Below, one piece after another: positions 50,166-59,783 of a DNA stretch of 64,000 nt. The translations under genes were made by a program, and so were the position numbers. Origin of the DNA: Alkalispirochaeta sp. Its GTDB lineage: Bacteria > Spirochaetota > Spirochaetia > DSM-27196 > Alkalispirochaetaceae. The DNA is taken from positions 512,001-576,000 of the forward strand of contig OZ271854.1 of assembly GCA_965601925.1 (NCBI GenBank), given 5' to 3'. How positions within the stretch are numbered: position 1 is the first letter of the stretch; each line of letters begins with the position of its first letter. The notes below the pieces were generated by a model. It had not been told where the DNA came from and searched no databases. It saw only the letters and a list, made by a program, of their open reading frames with translations.

Positions 50166-51293
50166 TTAGACCGTTACCTCCTCGATTACATCCGCAAGCG
50201 GCGTGTACTGCATACCGAACGCCTCGGCAACCGCTTGGTAGGTCATCTTTCCGCCGTAGGTGTTAATACCCAGCGCGATCGCCCGATTTCCGCGCGCCGC
50301 CGTCTCCAACCCCTTGTTTGCGATCTCCAGACCGTACGGTAGTGTTACCGTCGTGAGCGCCTGGGTAGAGGTGCGCGACACGCCCCCGGGCATGTTGGCT
50401 ACGCAATAGTGCACCACATCTTCGACGACGAAGATGGGGTCGTCGTGCGTCGTGGGTCGGGTCGTTTCGATACATCCGCCCTGGTCGACGGCGACATCGA
50501 CGATGACCGACCCCTTTTTCATGCGCTTGAGATCGTTTCGCGATACGAGGTGGGGCGCCTTGGCACCGTGAATCAACACCGCTCCCACGATCAGGTCGCT
50601 CGTCTCCAAAACGTGCTCCAGATGCGCGACGTTGGAGTAGAGCGTTGTAATACGGCCGCCGAAGATGTCGTCCAGATAGGTCAGGCGGTCGATGTTAACG
50701 TCAAGGATCGTAACCTCGGCGCCGAGACCGACGGCCATTTTTGCCGCGTGCGTGCCGACGACACCGCCCCCGATGATTGCGACCTTTCCCCGTTCCACAC
50801 TGGGTACTCCGCCCAACAGGACGCCGCGTCCGCCCTGGGGACGCTCGAGGAAACGCGCTCCCTCCTGAATGCTCATACGCCCTGCGATCTCGCTCATAGG
50901 CCGCAACAGCGGGAGAGCCCCTCTGTCGGTCTCGACCGTCTCGTAGGCGACGCCCTTCACGTTGCGCTCTGTCATCGCGCGGGTAAGCGGTTCGTCGGCG
51001 GCGAGGTGGAGGTATGTATAGAGTATCAGCCCGTCGGTCATCAGCTCATACTCCGACGCCTGCGGCTCCTTGACCTTGACGATCATGTCGCTCGCCCGCC
51101 AGATCTCCTCGGCACCGTCGCAGACGATCGCGCCGACCGCTTCGTACTCCTTGTCCTCATATCCCGCATCGATGCCGCCGGCCCGCTCGACCCGTACGGT
51201 GTGTCCGGCACTTACGTAGGCGCGCGCGCAACTCGGCGTCAGTCCGACGCGATATTCATGTTTTTTGATTTCCTTCACGGAACCGATGTTCAT
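50166..51293 (-). CDS. ald: Alanine dehydrogenase
   Basis: KEIK..EYRV, KVKEP, PMSEIAGR, GGGVVG, DVAVDQGGC, YCVANMPG. Confidence 0.97.
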   Translation of the reverse strand: MNIGSVKEIKKHEYRVGLTPSCARAYVSAGHTVRVERAGGIDAGYEDKEYEAVGAIVCDGAEEIWRASDMIVKVKEPQASEYELMTDGLILYTYLHLAADEPLTRAMTERNVKGVAYETVETDRGALPLLRPMSEIAGRMSIQEGARFLERPQGGRGVLLGGVPSVERGKVAIIGGGVVGTHAAKMAVGLGAEVTILDVNIDRLTYLDDIFGGRITTLYSNVAHLEHVLETSDLIVGAVLIHGAKAPHLVSRNDLKRMKKGSVIVDVAVDQGGCIETTRPTTHDDPIFVVEDVVHYCVANMPGGVSRTSTQALTTVTLPYGLEIANKGLETAARGNRAIALGINTYGGKMTYQAVAEAFGMQYTPLADVIEEVTV

Positions 51294-51524
51294 ATGTGGA
51301 CCTCCGGGGTGATGTTTTCCTCAGGTTTACACGATATTCGTAATCGGTCAAATATTTTGTAACGATTTTCGTTGAAAATTCTTCCCCGGATGTCTTTTTA
51401 GAGACGAAGAACAGGCGTAGCACGACGCCGAGCGCCGTCCACGACCGCCGAAGAACAGCGGATTCGTTGCGTTTTGGTGACGGGAAGATCGGTGGGGGCG
51501 CGCCGATCGACTCCGGCGAATCGC

Positions 51525-51980
51525 TTACACGAACTTGGAGTAGGTCTTGAGAGTCACGAAGCTTTCGGTACTGGTGATACCCTCTACACGAGAGAGCTCG
51601 TTGATGAGAAAGTCGACCAAGCCGCGGTGCGTGTCCAACAGGAGTTCGATCACCAGGTCGAATCGCCCCGATACGATCGACACGGAGAGTACGTTCTCCA
51701 AGTCGGCGATCTCCTCCGCCTTCTTGTCCAAAAGCCGGCTTTCGGCCACGTTGGCGCCGAGCCATACGATCTGTCGATTGGCGAGGATATCGGGATTGAT
51801 GAGCCCCCGCAACGAAATGATGCCGCGCTCGCGCAGGCGCTTCATACGCGAACGGATCATTCCCTCGGAGACATCGAGCTTCTTTGCAATGGCGCTGTTG
51901 GAGATCGTCCCGGAACGCAACAGCTCTACGATCGCCCAATCCCGAGCGTCGAGTTCGTGTACTTCCTCGTACTTTGACAC
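51525..51980 (-). CDS. Lrp/AsnC-family regulator (AldR-like)
   Basis: LDARDWAIVELL..SNSAIAKKLDVSEG..R..RL, SGRFD; upstream of ald. Confidence 0.9.
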   Translation of the reverse strand: MSKYEEVHELDARDWAIVELLRSGTISNSAIAKKLDVSEGMIRSRMKRLRERGIISLRGLINPDILANRQIVWLGANVAESRLLDKKAEEIADLENVLSVSIVSGRFDLVIELLLDTHRGLVDFLINELSRVEGITSTESFVTLKTYSKFV

Positions 51981-52012
51981 CGTCGCTCCTCACACGCGCG
52001 TTGCGGCGAGAC

Positions 52013-52360
52013 TCACTCGTGCTCCCGCGGCACGAGGCATATGAACTGCAACTCCCCCGCCCCGGTGTTACGAAACTGATGCTTCTCGTCGGGAGCGACC
52101 ATAGCGTAATCGCCGGCGACGATCGGTGTCGCCTCGCCCGCCTCGTTGATCAACGCTCCTTCACCGGAGAGTACATAGTTCAGGTGTTCCCAGGGATGGG
52201 AGTGGTACGGCGTATAACCGCCGACCTCTATGGTAAAGACGCGCAACGACATCGTCGGCGTGCCGTCGGCGAGGCCGAGGGGGACCTGCTTGGATACGCC
52301 GCGTACGTGATCGGATTCCACGGTTGTCCGCGCAACGTCGGTGAGCTTGACCACTTTCAT
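52013..52360 (-). CDS. Cupin-domain protein
   Basis: GYTPYHSHPWEH..YVLSGEG, PDEKHQFRN. Confidence 0.9.
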   Translation of the reverse strand: MKVVKLTDVARTTVESDHVRGVSKQVPLGLADGTPTMSLRVFTIEVGGYTPYHSHPWEHLNYVLSGEGALINEAGEATPIVAGDYAMVAPDEKHQFRNTGAGELQFICLVPREHE

Positions 52361-52463
52361 GACTCCATTATGAGGCGCTCAGGAAGGTGGTCAAGCCCCT
52401 GCCGCTATATGACGCGGCGCGCGCAAACGACATCACGATATCGTGGCGGTGTATTTCGAACCC

Positions 52464-54317
52464 TTACGTGTCGAAGCGGTCGACGAGGCCGCCGATGTCG
52501 AGAATCATCTCGCGATTCGTGCCGGATATCTCATTGATGCTGTGCACCGAGGAGTTAATCTCCCGCGTACCGGTCACGATCTCATCCATGGACGACCTCA
52601 TTTGTACCGTCGCCTCGTTGAGTCCGGCGACGACCCGGAGAATCTGTTCGTTCGCACGACTCATCTCGTCGGCGCCGGTATGGACGGCTGAGGCGATATC
52701 GGTGAGCTCTCCCAACGCATCGCGGATCGTGCGTCCCGCCTCGCCGTGGTCTTGTACCTCTCCCGCCAGCTGCGAGAACACGCCGTCTACCTGGGATACG
52801 GTGCCGTGGATCTCACCGAACAGTCGCCGCGCCTCATCGGACACCGCGACGCTCACTTCGATGTCGTGCTCCATGCCCCGGATCTCCTCGGCGATGCGTT
52901 TGGATTGTGCGGACGCCTGATCGGCGAGCTTGCGAATCTCCTCGGCAACGACCGAGAAACCGCGCCCGCTCTCACCGGCGTGCGCCGCCTCGATCGCCGC
53001 GTTCATGGCCAGTAAGTTCGTTTGCGATGCGATCCCCACGACAAACGAGTTGGCCTCTTGGAGATGTTTCGATCGCTCGGCCATCTGCGCTACCGCGCTT
53101 CCCATCTCCTCGGCGGCGCGATTACCGTCATCGGTTTTAGTCTGCAGCGTCTCGAGTTGCTCGCGGGTTGTGCCCGCCGAACCGAGCATCCGCTCCACCC
53201 CGGTAAGCATCGTGCCGATCGTTCGGGTGGTCGAGTCGATGGTCGCGACTTCGCGGGAGACCTGATCGTTGAGCGCTTCGATATTGCGGGTCAACTCCTC
53301 TACCGACGACGCGGTGACATCCACTTGTTCCCCCTGGGTGTGCACTTGTCGTTTGAGGCTCTCGATGTTTGCGGTGATCTCATTGACCGCCGCCGCGGTC
53401 TCGTCCATGTTGGACGCCAAATCGTTTCCCAACTCTCCCAAGGTGCCGGTCGCGCCCTTAATATCACCGATCATCCGTTGGAGGGACGCTACAAACTCGT
53501 CAAAACTGCGCGCGACCGCCCCCACCTCGTCGGAACTCGTCACTCTGAGGCGCTGCGTAAGGTTTCCCGCTCCTTTGGCAATCTCGGTGAGAGCGGTACT
53601 GACGACACCCAACGGTCGCGTAAGACGACGGCTCAGGGCGACGATTAGACCAATGAAAAGAGAGATGCATACGACCGCAACCGTCGCCAGTGTGACCAAC
53701 AACCTGCGAAAGCGCACCAGGTTGGCTTCGCGCAACGCCTCGACCTCACGCACGATATCGTCGATATAGTTACCCGTACCGACGACCCACCCGAACGGCT
53801 CGTACAACAACGAGTATCCCCTCTTCGGCTCCGGTTCGCCGCCGGATGAGCGGGGAAACCAGTAGTCGGTGTAGCCGCCGCCGGGCTGCGATCCCGCGTC
53901 GACAATCGCTCGAATGAACTCGAACCCCTTCTCGTCGCGATCGTTCAGACGATTGGTACCCTCGGTATCGCGGCCGAGGAGTACGACGTTGACGCCGTCT
54001 ACGGTGTCGGCCCAGAAGTACCCCTCCTCTCCGTAGCGCAGCTCCCGTAGCACGTCGGCGGCCTCCCGACGCGCCTCGTCCAAGCTTACCGCTCCCGAGA
54101 GATAACGGGAGTGGTGATAGTCCAGGAGACTTATCGCCGTATCGACTTGCGTACGAATGAGAAGATCGTAGTCACTCCTCAGATACTCCGACTGCAGATT
54201 CTCGAAAGTCGTAAACGTATTACGAACGGTGATACTGATCACCAGGGCCAAAACAACGATGATCGCAGCCGCGGAAATACCGGCAACGACGGCGATCCGA
54301 TTACCAAGACTTTTCAT
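52464..54317 (-). CDS. Methyl-accepting chemotaxis protein (Cache sensor, HAMP)
   Basis: LRYGEEGYFW Cache, PK.GY..WVVGTG.YIDD, DEVG HAMP, IASQTNLLAMNAAIEAAHAGESGRGFSVVAEEIRKLA. Confidence 0.95.
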   Translation of the reverse strand: MKSLGNRIAVVAGISAAAIIVVLALVISITVRNTFTTFENLQSEYLRSDYDLLIRTQVDTAISLLDYHHSRYLSGAVSLDEARREAADVLRELRYGEEGYFWADTVDGVNVVLLGRDTEGTNRLNDRDEKGFEFIRAIVDAGSQPGGGYTDYWFPRSSGGEPEPKRGYSLLYEPFGWVVGTGNYIDDIVREVEALREANLVRFRRLLVTLATVAVVCISLFIGLIVALSRRLTRPLGVVSTALTEIAKGAGNLTQRLRVTSSDEVGAVARSFDEFVASLQRMIGDIKGATGTLGELGNDLASNMDETAAAVNEITANIESLKRQVHTQGEQVDVTASSVEELTRNIEALNDQVSREVATIDSTTRTIGTMLTGVERMLGSAGTTREQLETLQTKTDDGNRAAEEMGSAVAQMAERSKHLQEANSFVVGIASQTNLLAMNAAIEAAHAGESGRGFSVVAEEIRKLADQASAQSKRIAEEIRGMEHDIEVSVAVSDEARRLFGEIHGTVSQVDGVFSQLAGEVQDHGEAGRTIRDALGELTDIASAVHTGADEMSRANEQILRVVAGLNEATVQMRSSMDEIVTGTREINSSVHSINEISGTNREMILDIGGLVDRFDT

Positions 54318-54497
54318 ATATGCTTCGCTCCAGCTTCAGAATACCATGAGAACTCCCGATTTTGGCACGAATGGTCACTCCGCTATGATAAGAACGCTCT
54401 TTGAAGTAAGAACTATTATTGACGATATAAAGCTCGAATCCGCAGCGTTGTCGCCCTTCCGTATCGCCGCTATGGTCGAATACGGAAGGGGCCGACA

Positions 54498-55769
54498 ATG
54501 CACGAGAGTCACAAACAGGAGATGAGCCCGACACCGAGCGGACCCGATGTTCACCTATCGATCGCCATAGACGGAGTGGTACCTCCCTCGCGTTTCGCGC
54601 TCTTTCGCCGACGCGTGAATCGTTTTGTGGTGGAGATCGAGTTGATCGACGATGAGCCCGATACATCACCGGTGCGAATCGTGACGAAGCTGCCCACGAC
54701 CGCATCCATGTCCAATCCCGGTCGCATGCAAGAGATCCTCCTCCCCGGTGCGCGTCTGGGTTTGGTACCGGGCCCGGAGGACGGACGGCATCCGTGGCGC
54801 GTGGTGAGTTTTCATCGCGACGATCTCACGATTCCCATCGATACGGTGACCGCCAATCGAGTCGCGCGGTTTCTCATCCGTTCGCAACGGATACCGGCGT
54901 TACGCGACTGGGACATCGCGCAGAGTGAGGTCGCGCGCCGAGGCGGAAGCAGGTTCGATTTTTTGCTGCGCCGGAGAGATAGCACCGCCGACCGTGCGGT
55001 CGCCGGCGAGGAGCGATACCTTGAGGTCAAATCGTGCTCACTGTTCAACGGACCGTGGGCGTTCTTTCCCGATGCGGTAACCACGAGGGGCAGACGCCAT
55101 GTGGAAGAGTTGGCGGACCTCGGAGGGGGCGCGGTGCTGTTTGTGGTCAACTCCGGCGAGGCGAAATACTTTTCACCCGACTTTCACGCAGATATTGCCT
55201 TTGCCCGCACACTGGCCCGCTCGCGTCGGTCGTTGGAAATCATCGCCGTCGGCGTCGGCTGGACGCAGGATCTCAGAATCGCCGGCCCGGTGCGCGAACT
55301 CGCCATACCGTGGGACGGGGTCGAGGCGCAGCTCGACGATGCGGGAAGCTATCTCGTGCTGTTACGCTTGTCCAAACCGCGTACCATCGAGGTCGGCGCG
55401 CTCGGTTCGCGCGAGTTTGCGCCGGGCTACTACCTCTACGTGGGAAGCGCCATGAAAAACCTATCGGGTCGCATAGAGCACCACCGCCGGGGCGGAGCCA
55501 AACACCTCCACTGGCATATCGACTACCTGCGACGCATCGCCGCATACGCCGACAGCTGGGCGATTCGGGAACCGTATCGTCGCGAACCGGAGATAGCGGA
55601 AGCCGTCGCGGCGCTGGCGGAGAGCGACGTACCGGGCTTCGGCGCGAGCGACAGCGCGGCTCGATCACATCTGTTTTTTTGGCGTGATGATCCTCGACGC
55701 TTGCCGCAGTTCCAAGCGCTCATTCTCGCCCTCCGGCGATTCGGCCTGGATCGACACGGCGCGCCGTGA
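54498..55769 (+). CDS. sfsA: SfsA nuclease fused to a DUF123 (GIY-YIG-like) domain
   Basis: NRF, NPGRMQE, SRFDFLL, YLEVKSC, FPDAVTTRGRRH; then GSYLVLL, GYYLYVGSA, HWHIDYL, GFGASD...SHL; start uncertain. Confidence 0.9.
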   Translation: MHESHKQEMSPTPSGPDVHLSIAIDGVVPPSRFALFRRRVNRFVVEIELIDDEPDTSPVRIVTKLPTTASMSNPGRMQEILLPGARLGLVPGPEDGRHPWRVVSFHRDDLTIPIDTVTANRVARFLIRSQRIPALRDWDIAQSEVARRGGSRFDFLLRRRDSTADRAVAGEERYLEVKSCSLFNGPWAFFPDAVTTRGRRHVEELADLGGGAVLFVVNSGEAKYFSPDFHADIAFARTLARSRRSLEIIAVGVGWTQDLRIAGPVRELAIPWDGVEAQLDDAGSYLVLLRLSKPRTIEVGALGSREFAPGYYLYVGSAMKNLSGRIEHHRRGGAKHLHWHIDYLRRIAAYADSWAIREPYRREPEIAEAVAALAESDVPGFGASDSAARSHLFFWRDDPRRLPQFQALILALRRFGLDRHGAP

Positions 55770-55793
55770 ACGGCGCGACGCACGTCGCTCGGA

Positions 55794-57740
55794 TCACACC
55801 GCCGGGCGCTCGTCGATGCGGTCGATCGAATCCGGAGCGTCGGCGCCGGTCTCCCGGTCGGTTTCGTCGGTCCGTGCAACCTCCGAGACGGTCGCATCGA
55901 CACCCTCCGCAGTCTTGAAGTCCTGAAGGCTGTCGGCGAGCGCCACAGTTGCGCCCGAGGCCGTTCGTAACTTTTCAACCACTGCATCGAGGCCGTCGGT
56001 GAGCGTTCCGACGCCGGAATCGACCTGCGTGACGCGGCGTCCGATGTCCCGTCCCAGATCACCGACTTCGCGGCTCGATTCACGAATCGCCTCCGCGTCG
56101 GCTCGGAGTCCGTCCGCACGCTCTGAAATCGTCCTCCCCTGGTCTTCGACCGAAGCCGTCGAATCGTGAAGCACATGCGCAACCTGACGCAAATTGACTA
56201 CTACTCGGTCGAGTGCGTCGGCGAGGTCCGCCGATCGTGCGCTCGCGTCCGCCACCGTCGAGAAGGCCTCGACGCTCTCGCCGTTCGCGCTGCGAGCCGT
56301 TTCCATTTTCGCGTCCATCGTCGTGAGTAGGTTGACGATCTTTTCCGACTCGCGCGTCGTCGCCCCGGCCAGGTCGCGAATCCGCGCCGCAACGATCGAA
56401 AACCCCTGCCCCGCCTCCCCGGCACGAGCACTCTCGATCGCCGCGTTAACCGCCAACACGTGCGTCTGTTCGGCGATATCGGTGATCACCTCGGTGATCG
56501 TCCGCACTACCTCTATCTCTCGGGCGAGCGCGGAGATCGCCTCGCGCTCTCGGGAGACGCTCAACTCGGTTTGCCCCACCGACGCGTGAAGTGAATCGAT
56601 TATCTGCTTCTGCTCCGCCGCGGTCCGCGTAACGGAGGCGATCTGATCGTCGATGCTCGCAACCGCATCGCGGGAATGCTCGATGGCTTGAGCCTGGACG
56701 CCCAACGCGTGCTCGAAATCGGAGGCGCTTTCATCGAGCGCCCGGGCGGCGTCACACGTACGATCGCCGACACGTGCGATTTGCTCGACCGATTTCCGCG
56801 TTGCGGCGATACGCAGTGCGATCCCGGCACCGGCGTGCCGAACCCGCTGCACGACCTCGTCCACGGCCGCCTCGGCGCGGCGACTACCGGCGACAAGAGA
56901 TCGTATCTCTTCAACGACGGTCCGAAAGGTATCCAGAAGTCCCTGCAAGTCCCTGCCGAGCGCTCCCAGTTCGTCGCGTTGTCGCGAAGCCGTACCGACC
57001 GTCAGATCGCGGCGAGCGGCACGTTGAACGACCCGCTGCACGGCGACGATTCTTGCCGCCAACCGCGTCACGGAGAGAGCCGCTACGACGAACGCCGCCG
57101 CACCGATACCGATGATCGCGATAATCGTCTGGCGGCGCGCCGAACGGACGATATCGAGACGAAACGCCTGTACTTCGGCGGTAATCATCGGAAGCGTCTC
57201 GGTCGTAAACACGAGGACGGTTCGTCCCAACTGGGCGCTTTGCGACTCCGTCACGCTGAGCGAGGCGGCGCCGTCGCCGAGATCGACGCCTCGGGAGCTT
57301 GCATCTTGGCGTGTACGCACGACACCGCGGGCGAGCACGGGAAAAGAGACGCGTTCCAGTGCGGTCAAACCCTCGTTCAGGATGTCCGCGTCACGTTGTA
57401 GCTGGCGAAACAGATACGCCGAGTTCCGAATCACTTCCGCGACCGCAGCCGGCGCCACGTGTACGCCGGGGTGCTCTTCCAAGGCCCGATACGCCTCGAG
57501 CGCCTCGACGCGACGCGTTCGCCACGTAGTGACGGCGGTGCCGATAATATCCTCGGTAACGAGCAAGCCGTACGTCGCCGCGTCCAGCGCGTGCATCGAG
57601 GCGGACGCGCGACTGACGGTAAACGCCAAATCGTCGACCACCGTTACGGTCGCCATGGATCTGAGCAGTAGAACAGGAACCGTACAAAAGGCTATCACGG
57701 CGAGAATGACGCCCATGCCGAGTTTGCCTCGTATTTTCAT
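55794..57740 (-). CDS. Methyl-accepting chemotaxis protein
   Basis: Two TM, HAMP (RDELGAL), IAEQTHVLAVNAAIESARAGEAGQGFSIVA. Confidence 0.9.
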   Translation of the reverse strand: MKIRGKLGMGVILAVIAFCTVPVLLLRSMATVTVVDDLAFTVSRASASMHALDAATYGLLVTEDIIGTAVTTWRTRRVEALEAYRALEEHPGVHVAPAAVAEVIRNSAYLFRQLQRDADILNEGLTALERVSFPVLARGVVRTRQDASSRGVDLGDGAASLSVTESQSAQLGRTVLVFTTETLPMITAEVQAFRLDIVRSARRQTIIAIIGIGAAAFVVAALSVTRLAARIVAVQRVVQRAARRDLTVGTASRQRDELGALGRDLQGLLDTFRTVVEEIRSLVAGSRRAEAAVDEVVQRVRHAGAGIALRIAATRKSVEQIARVGDRTCDAARALDESASDFEHALGVQAQAIEHSRDAVASIDDQIASVTRTAAEQKQIIDSLHASVGQTELSVSREREAISALAREIEVVRTITEVITDIAEQTHVLAVNAAIESARAGEAGQGFSIVAARIRDLAGATTRESEKIVNLLTTMDAKMETARSANGESVEAFSTVADASARSADLADALDRVVVNLRQVAHVLHDSTASVEDQGRTISERADGLRADAEAIRESSREVGDLGRDIGRRVTQVDSGVGTLTDGLDAVVEKLRTASGATVALADSLQDFKTAEGVDATVSEVARTDETDRETGADAPDSIDRIDERPAV

Positions 57741-57897
57741 AGATTTCTCCCAATTCGATCCGTCATACCGCGTCGTAAAGCGACGGTAGTGCACGAATAT
57801 TACATGAAGATGAGTGCTTGAGGGGTAGTTACTACACCTGCGACGCAAAAATCAACAGAGTCCCCCGTTGCGGTCTTAAGGGGGCAAACTACGAACA

Positions 57898-57922
57898 ACG
57901 CACCGCCGAGGGGGCGGTGCGT
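57898..57922 (-). terminator. Hairpin downstream of the DUF4032-like gene
   Basis: ACGCACCGCC-5nt-GGCGGTGCGT followed by TGTT on the minus strand. Confidence 0.55.
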
Positions 57923-57951
57923 CTACGTGGAATGAGGTTCGTAGCGGTGGA

Positions 57952-58395
57952 TCAGATCGTCGGCTGCAGGAATCGCGAAAACCATCGCGCGAGGCCCGAA
58001 CCGTAATGTGCCGCGAAATCGCGGGCCGCCTCCTCGGGCGTAACCGCGGTATCCCGTTCCTTAAGAAAGTGCCAATGCGTCGTGATCGCGAGATACAACT
58101 GTCCGCCGGTTTTGTGAGGAAACGCTCTGCGAACCTCCCACAACTCCACCGCCCGCTGCATGGGACGATATACATTCTCATACCACGAGAAGATCGCGTC
58201 GTCCCACGAGACGGTCCATCCGATCTCTTGATTGATCAAATACTTGTGGACGTCGATGTGATCGACGAGTTCTAACCATTCCATATCGTTCCGCAGATCC
58301 ATCCCCTCGGGACGCAGCATTTCGGAAAGTGTGCGAATGCGGTCGATCTGCGTCTGCGATAGCGTTTCTGTATGATAGGTCTGTACCGTGTTCAT
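57952..58395 (-). CDS. Stand-alone DUF4032-like protein
   Basis: HIDVHKYLINQ..AIFSWYENVYRP..LYLAITTHWHFLKE; RBS GGAGGT; promoter TTGATT-N17-TATCAT. Confidence 0.7.
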   Translation of the reverse strand: MNTVQTYHTETLSQTQIDRIRTLSEMLRPEGMDLRNDMEWLELVDHIDVHKYLINQEIGWTVSWDDAIFSWYENVYRPMQRAVELWEVRRAFPHKTGGQLYLAITTHWHFLKERDTAVTPEEAARDFAAHYGSGLARWFSRFLQPTI

Positions 58396-58521
58396 ATGTC
58401 GGTCACCTCCATACCCTTATGATACCAAAATTCTCGCCCCAAATCAAAATTTTTCCTTGACAAAAACATGTTTTCACCCATATTGACGCGCCGTCCGTTC
58501 CGGATTGCCGATGTAACGCAT

Positions 58522-59628
58522 CTATGCTCCGCAGGATTGTCGTGTAATCACCGTCCCGGGGGCAAGACACGTGCGCGGCGGTCGATTCGGATGGACAATT
58601 CTCCATAGCATCGTCTCCATCGCGAGATCGGCAATCTCCTCTACCGGTTGGTGAAGCGTGCTAAGGGGCACTCGCAGCAGCTTGGCGTACCGCACGTCGT
58701 CGAATCCGATGACTTTGAGACGTTCGGGAACGGGAACTCCCAGATTATCGAGTGTCGTCATGAGGGTGGCGGCCGTCTCGTCATTCGCGCACACAAGATG
58801 GCTCGCACCGCCGCCGATGATGCGTTCGGCGACGTACGCCTCATCGGCGGGATCGCCGAAGTGGACCCATTCATCTCGGGGTATGACGCCGTAGTCGATA
58901 AGCGCCCCACGATATCCGCGCAGACGAACCGAGATGGTGTATGCGGAATACGGTCTGGCGAGAAAATCGAGGCGCGTAAGTCCTCGGCGCAGAAAGTGAT
59001 CCGCCACGAGATAGCCGCTGCGAAAGTTATCGATACCGACCAAATCGAGATCGCTCCGTTTCGGAAAAGGCAGATAGTCGGAGTCGATCAAAACGATCGG
59101 AATCCCCGCCTCGGCAAACATCGAAACCAGACGGCGATTGATCGTGTCGAAGGAGGGGCTTAACTCCAACGGTTCGAAGAACACGCCGGCAACGCGATGT
59201 TCGATATAACGCCGGGCAACTTGTACCAGAGCGTGTGCGGCCCGTTCGGTCTCTATCTCAGAGCCGCTCCACAAGAGCGAGCAGCGATGCTCCTCGGCGC
59301 GCTTGGCTATCTCGGCGCAAATCGGCTCGAAGATCTCACCTCGCCCCAATCCCGGTATGACGAGACCGAACAACCGGCCCTCCACCCCTGTCGCCGGCGG
59401 ACCCTCCACATAACTCCCGGACCCGGCGCGGCGCACGATGAGGCGCTCCGATTCCAACGCCTTGAGCGCACGAGTTACGGTCGGCCTCGATACGTCGTAC
59501 CTACGAGCCAACTCGATCTCGGTAGGAAGGCGATCGCCGGGTGCGTATCCTCCGCGAGTTACCATCGTTCGTAACTCGTTGTAGATAAACTCGTGCTTAA
59601 ACTGCTTCTGTCGCGTCGGCGTACTCAC
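58522..59628 (-). CDS. GntR-family regulator with LacI-type effector domain
   Basis: GDRLPTEIELARRYDVSRPTV..GSGSYV; DNFRSG, VCAND, VIGFDD, STLHQP. Confidence 0.93.
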   Translation of the reverse strand: MSTPTRQKQFKHEFIYNELRTMVTRGGYAPGDRLPTEIELARRYDVSRPTVTRALKALESERLIVRRAGSGSYVEGPPATGVEGRLFGLVIPGLGRGEIFEPICAEIAKRAEEHRCSLLWSGSEIETERAAHALVQVARRYIEHRVAGVFFEPLELSPSFDTINRRLVSMFAEAGIPIVLIDSDYLPFPKRSDLDLVGIDNFRSGYLVADHFLRRGLTRLDFLARPYSAYTISVRLRGYRGALIDYGVIPRDEWVHFGDPADEAYVAERIIGGGASHLVCANDETAATLMTTLDNLGVPVPERLKVIGFDDVRYAKLLRVPLSTLHQPVEEIADLAMETMLWRIVHPNRPPRTCLAPGTVITRQSCGA

Positions 59629-59687
59629 TCCACACCCTTTCCCTTCGTAATTGTAACATCACATCTTCATATTGGTAACATTTTTCC

Positions 59688-59746
59688 TTGACAAATCAGA
59701 TACTCGGATTATTAATAGGTAATAACAATCGTAACGTTTCGTTACG
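59688..59746 (+). promoter_or_regulatory. Promoter and operator of the sugar ABC operon
   Basis: TTGACA at 59688; perfect inverted repeat CGTAACG-TTT-CGTTACG at 59730-59746; further GTAAC half-sites upstream. Confidence 0.65.
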
Positions 59747-59783
59747 ACACCACTTTTTGAGCGGTCTTTGTAAGGAGGACATA

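Noticed and set aside
57840..57925. c-di-GMP-I riboswitch-like words (GACGCAAA, GGCAAAC) near an MCP gene
   Set aside because: The elements are in the wrong order, lack the GAAA tetraloop stem, and lie on the strand opposite the MCP.
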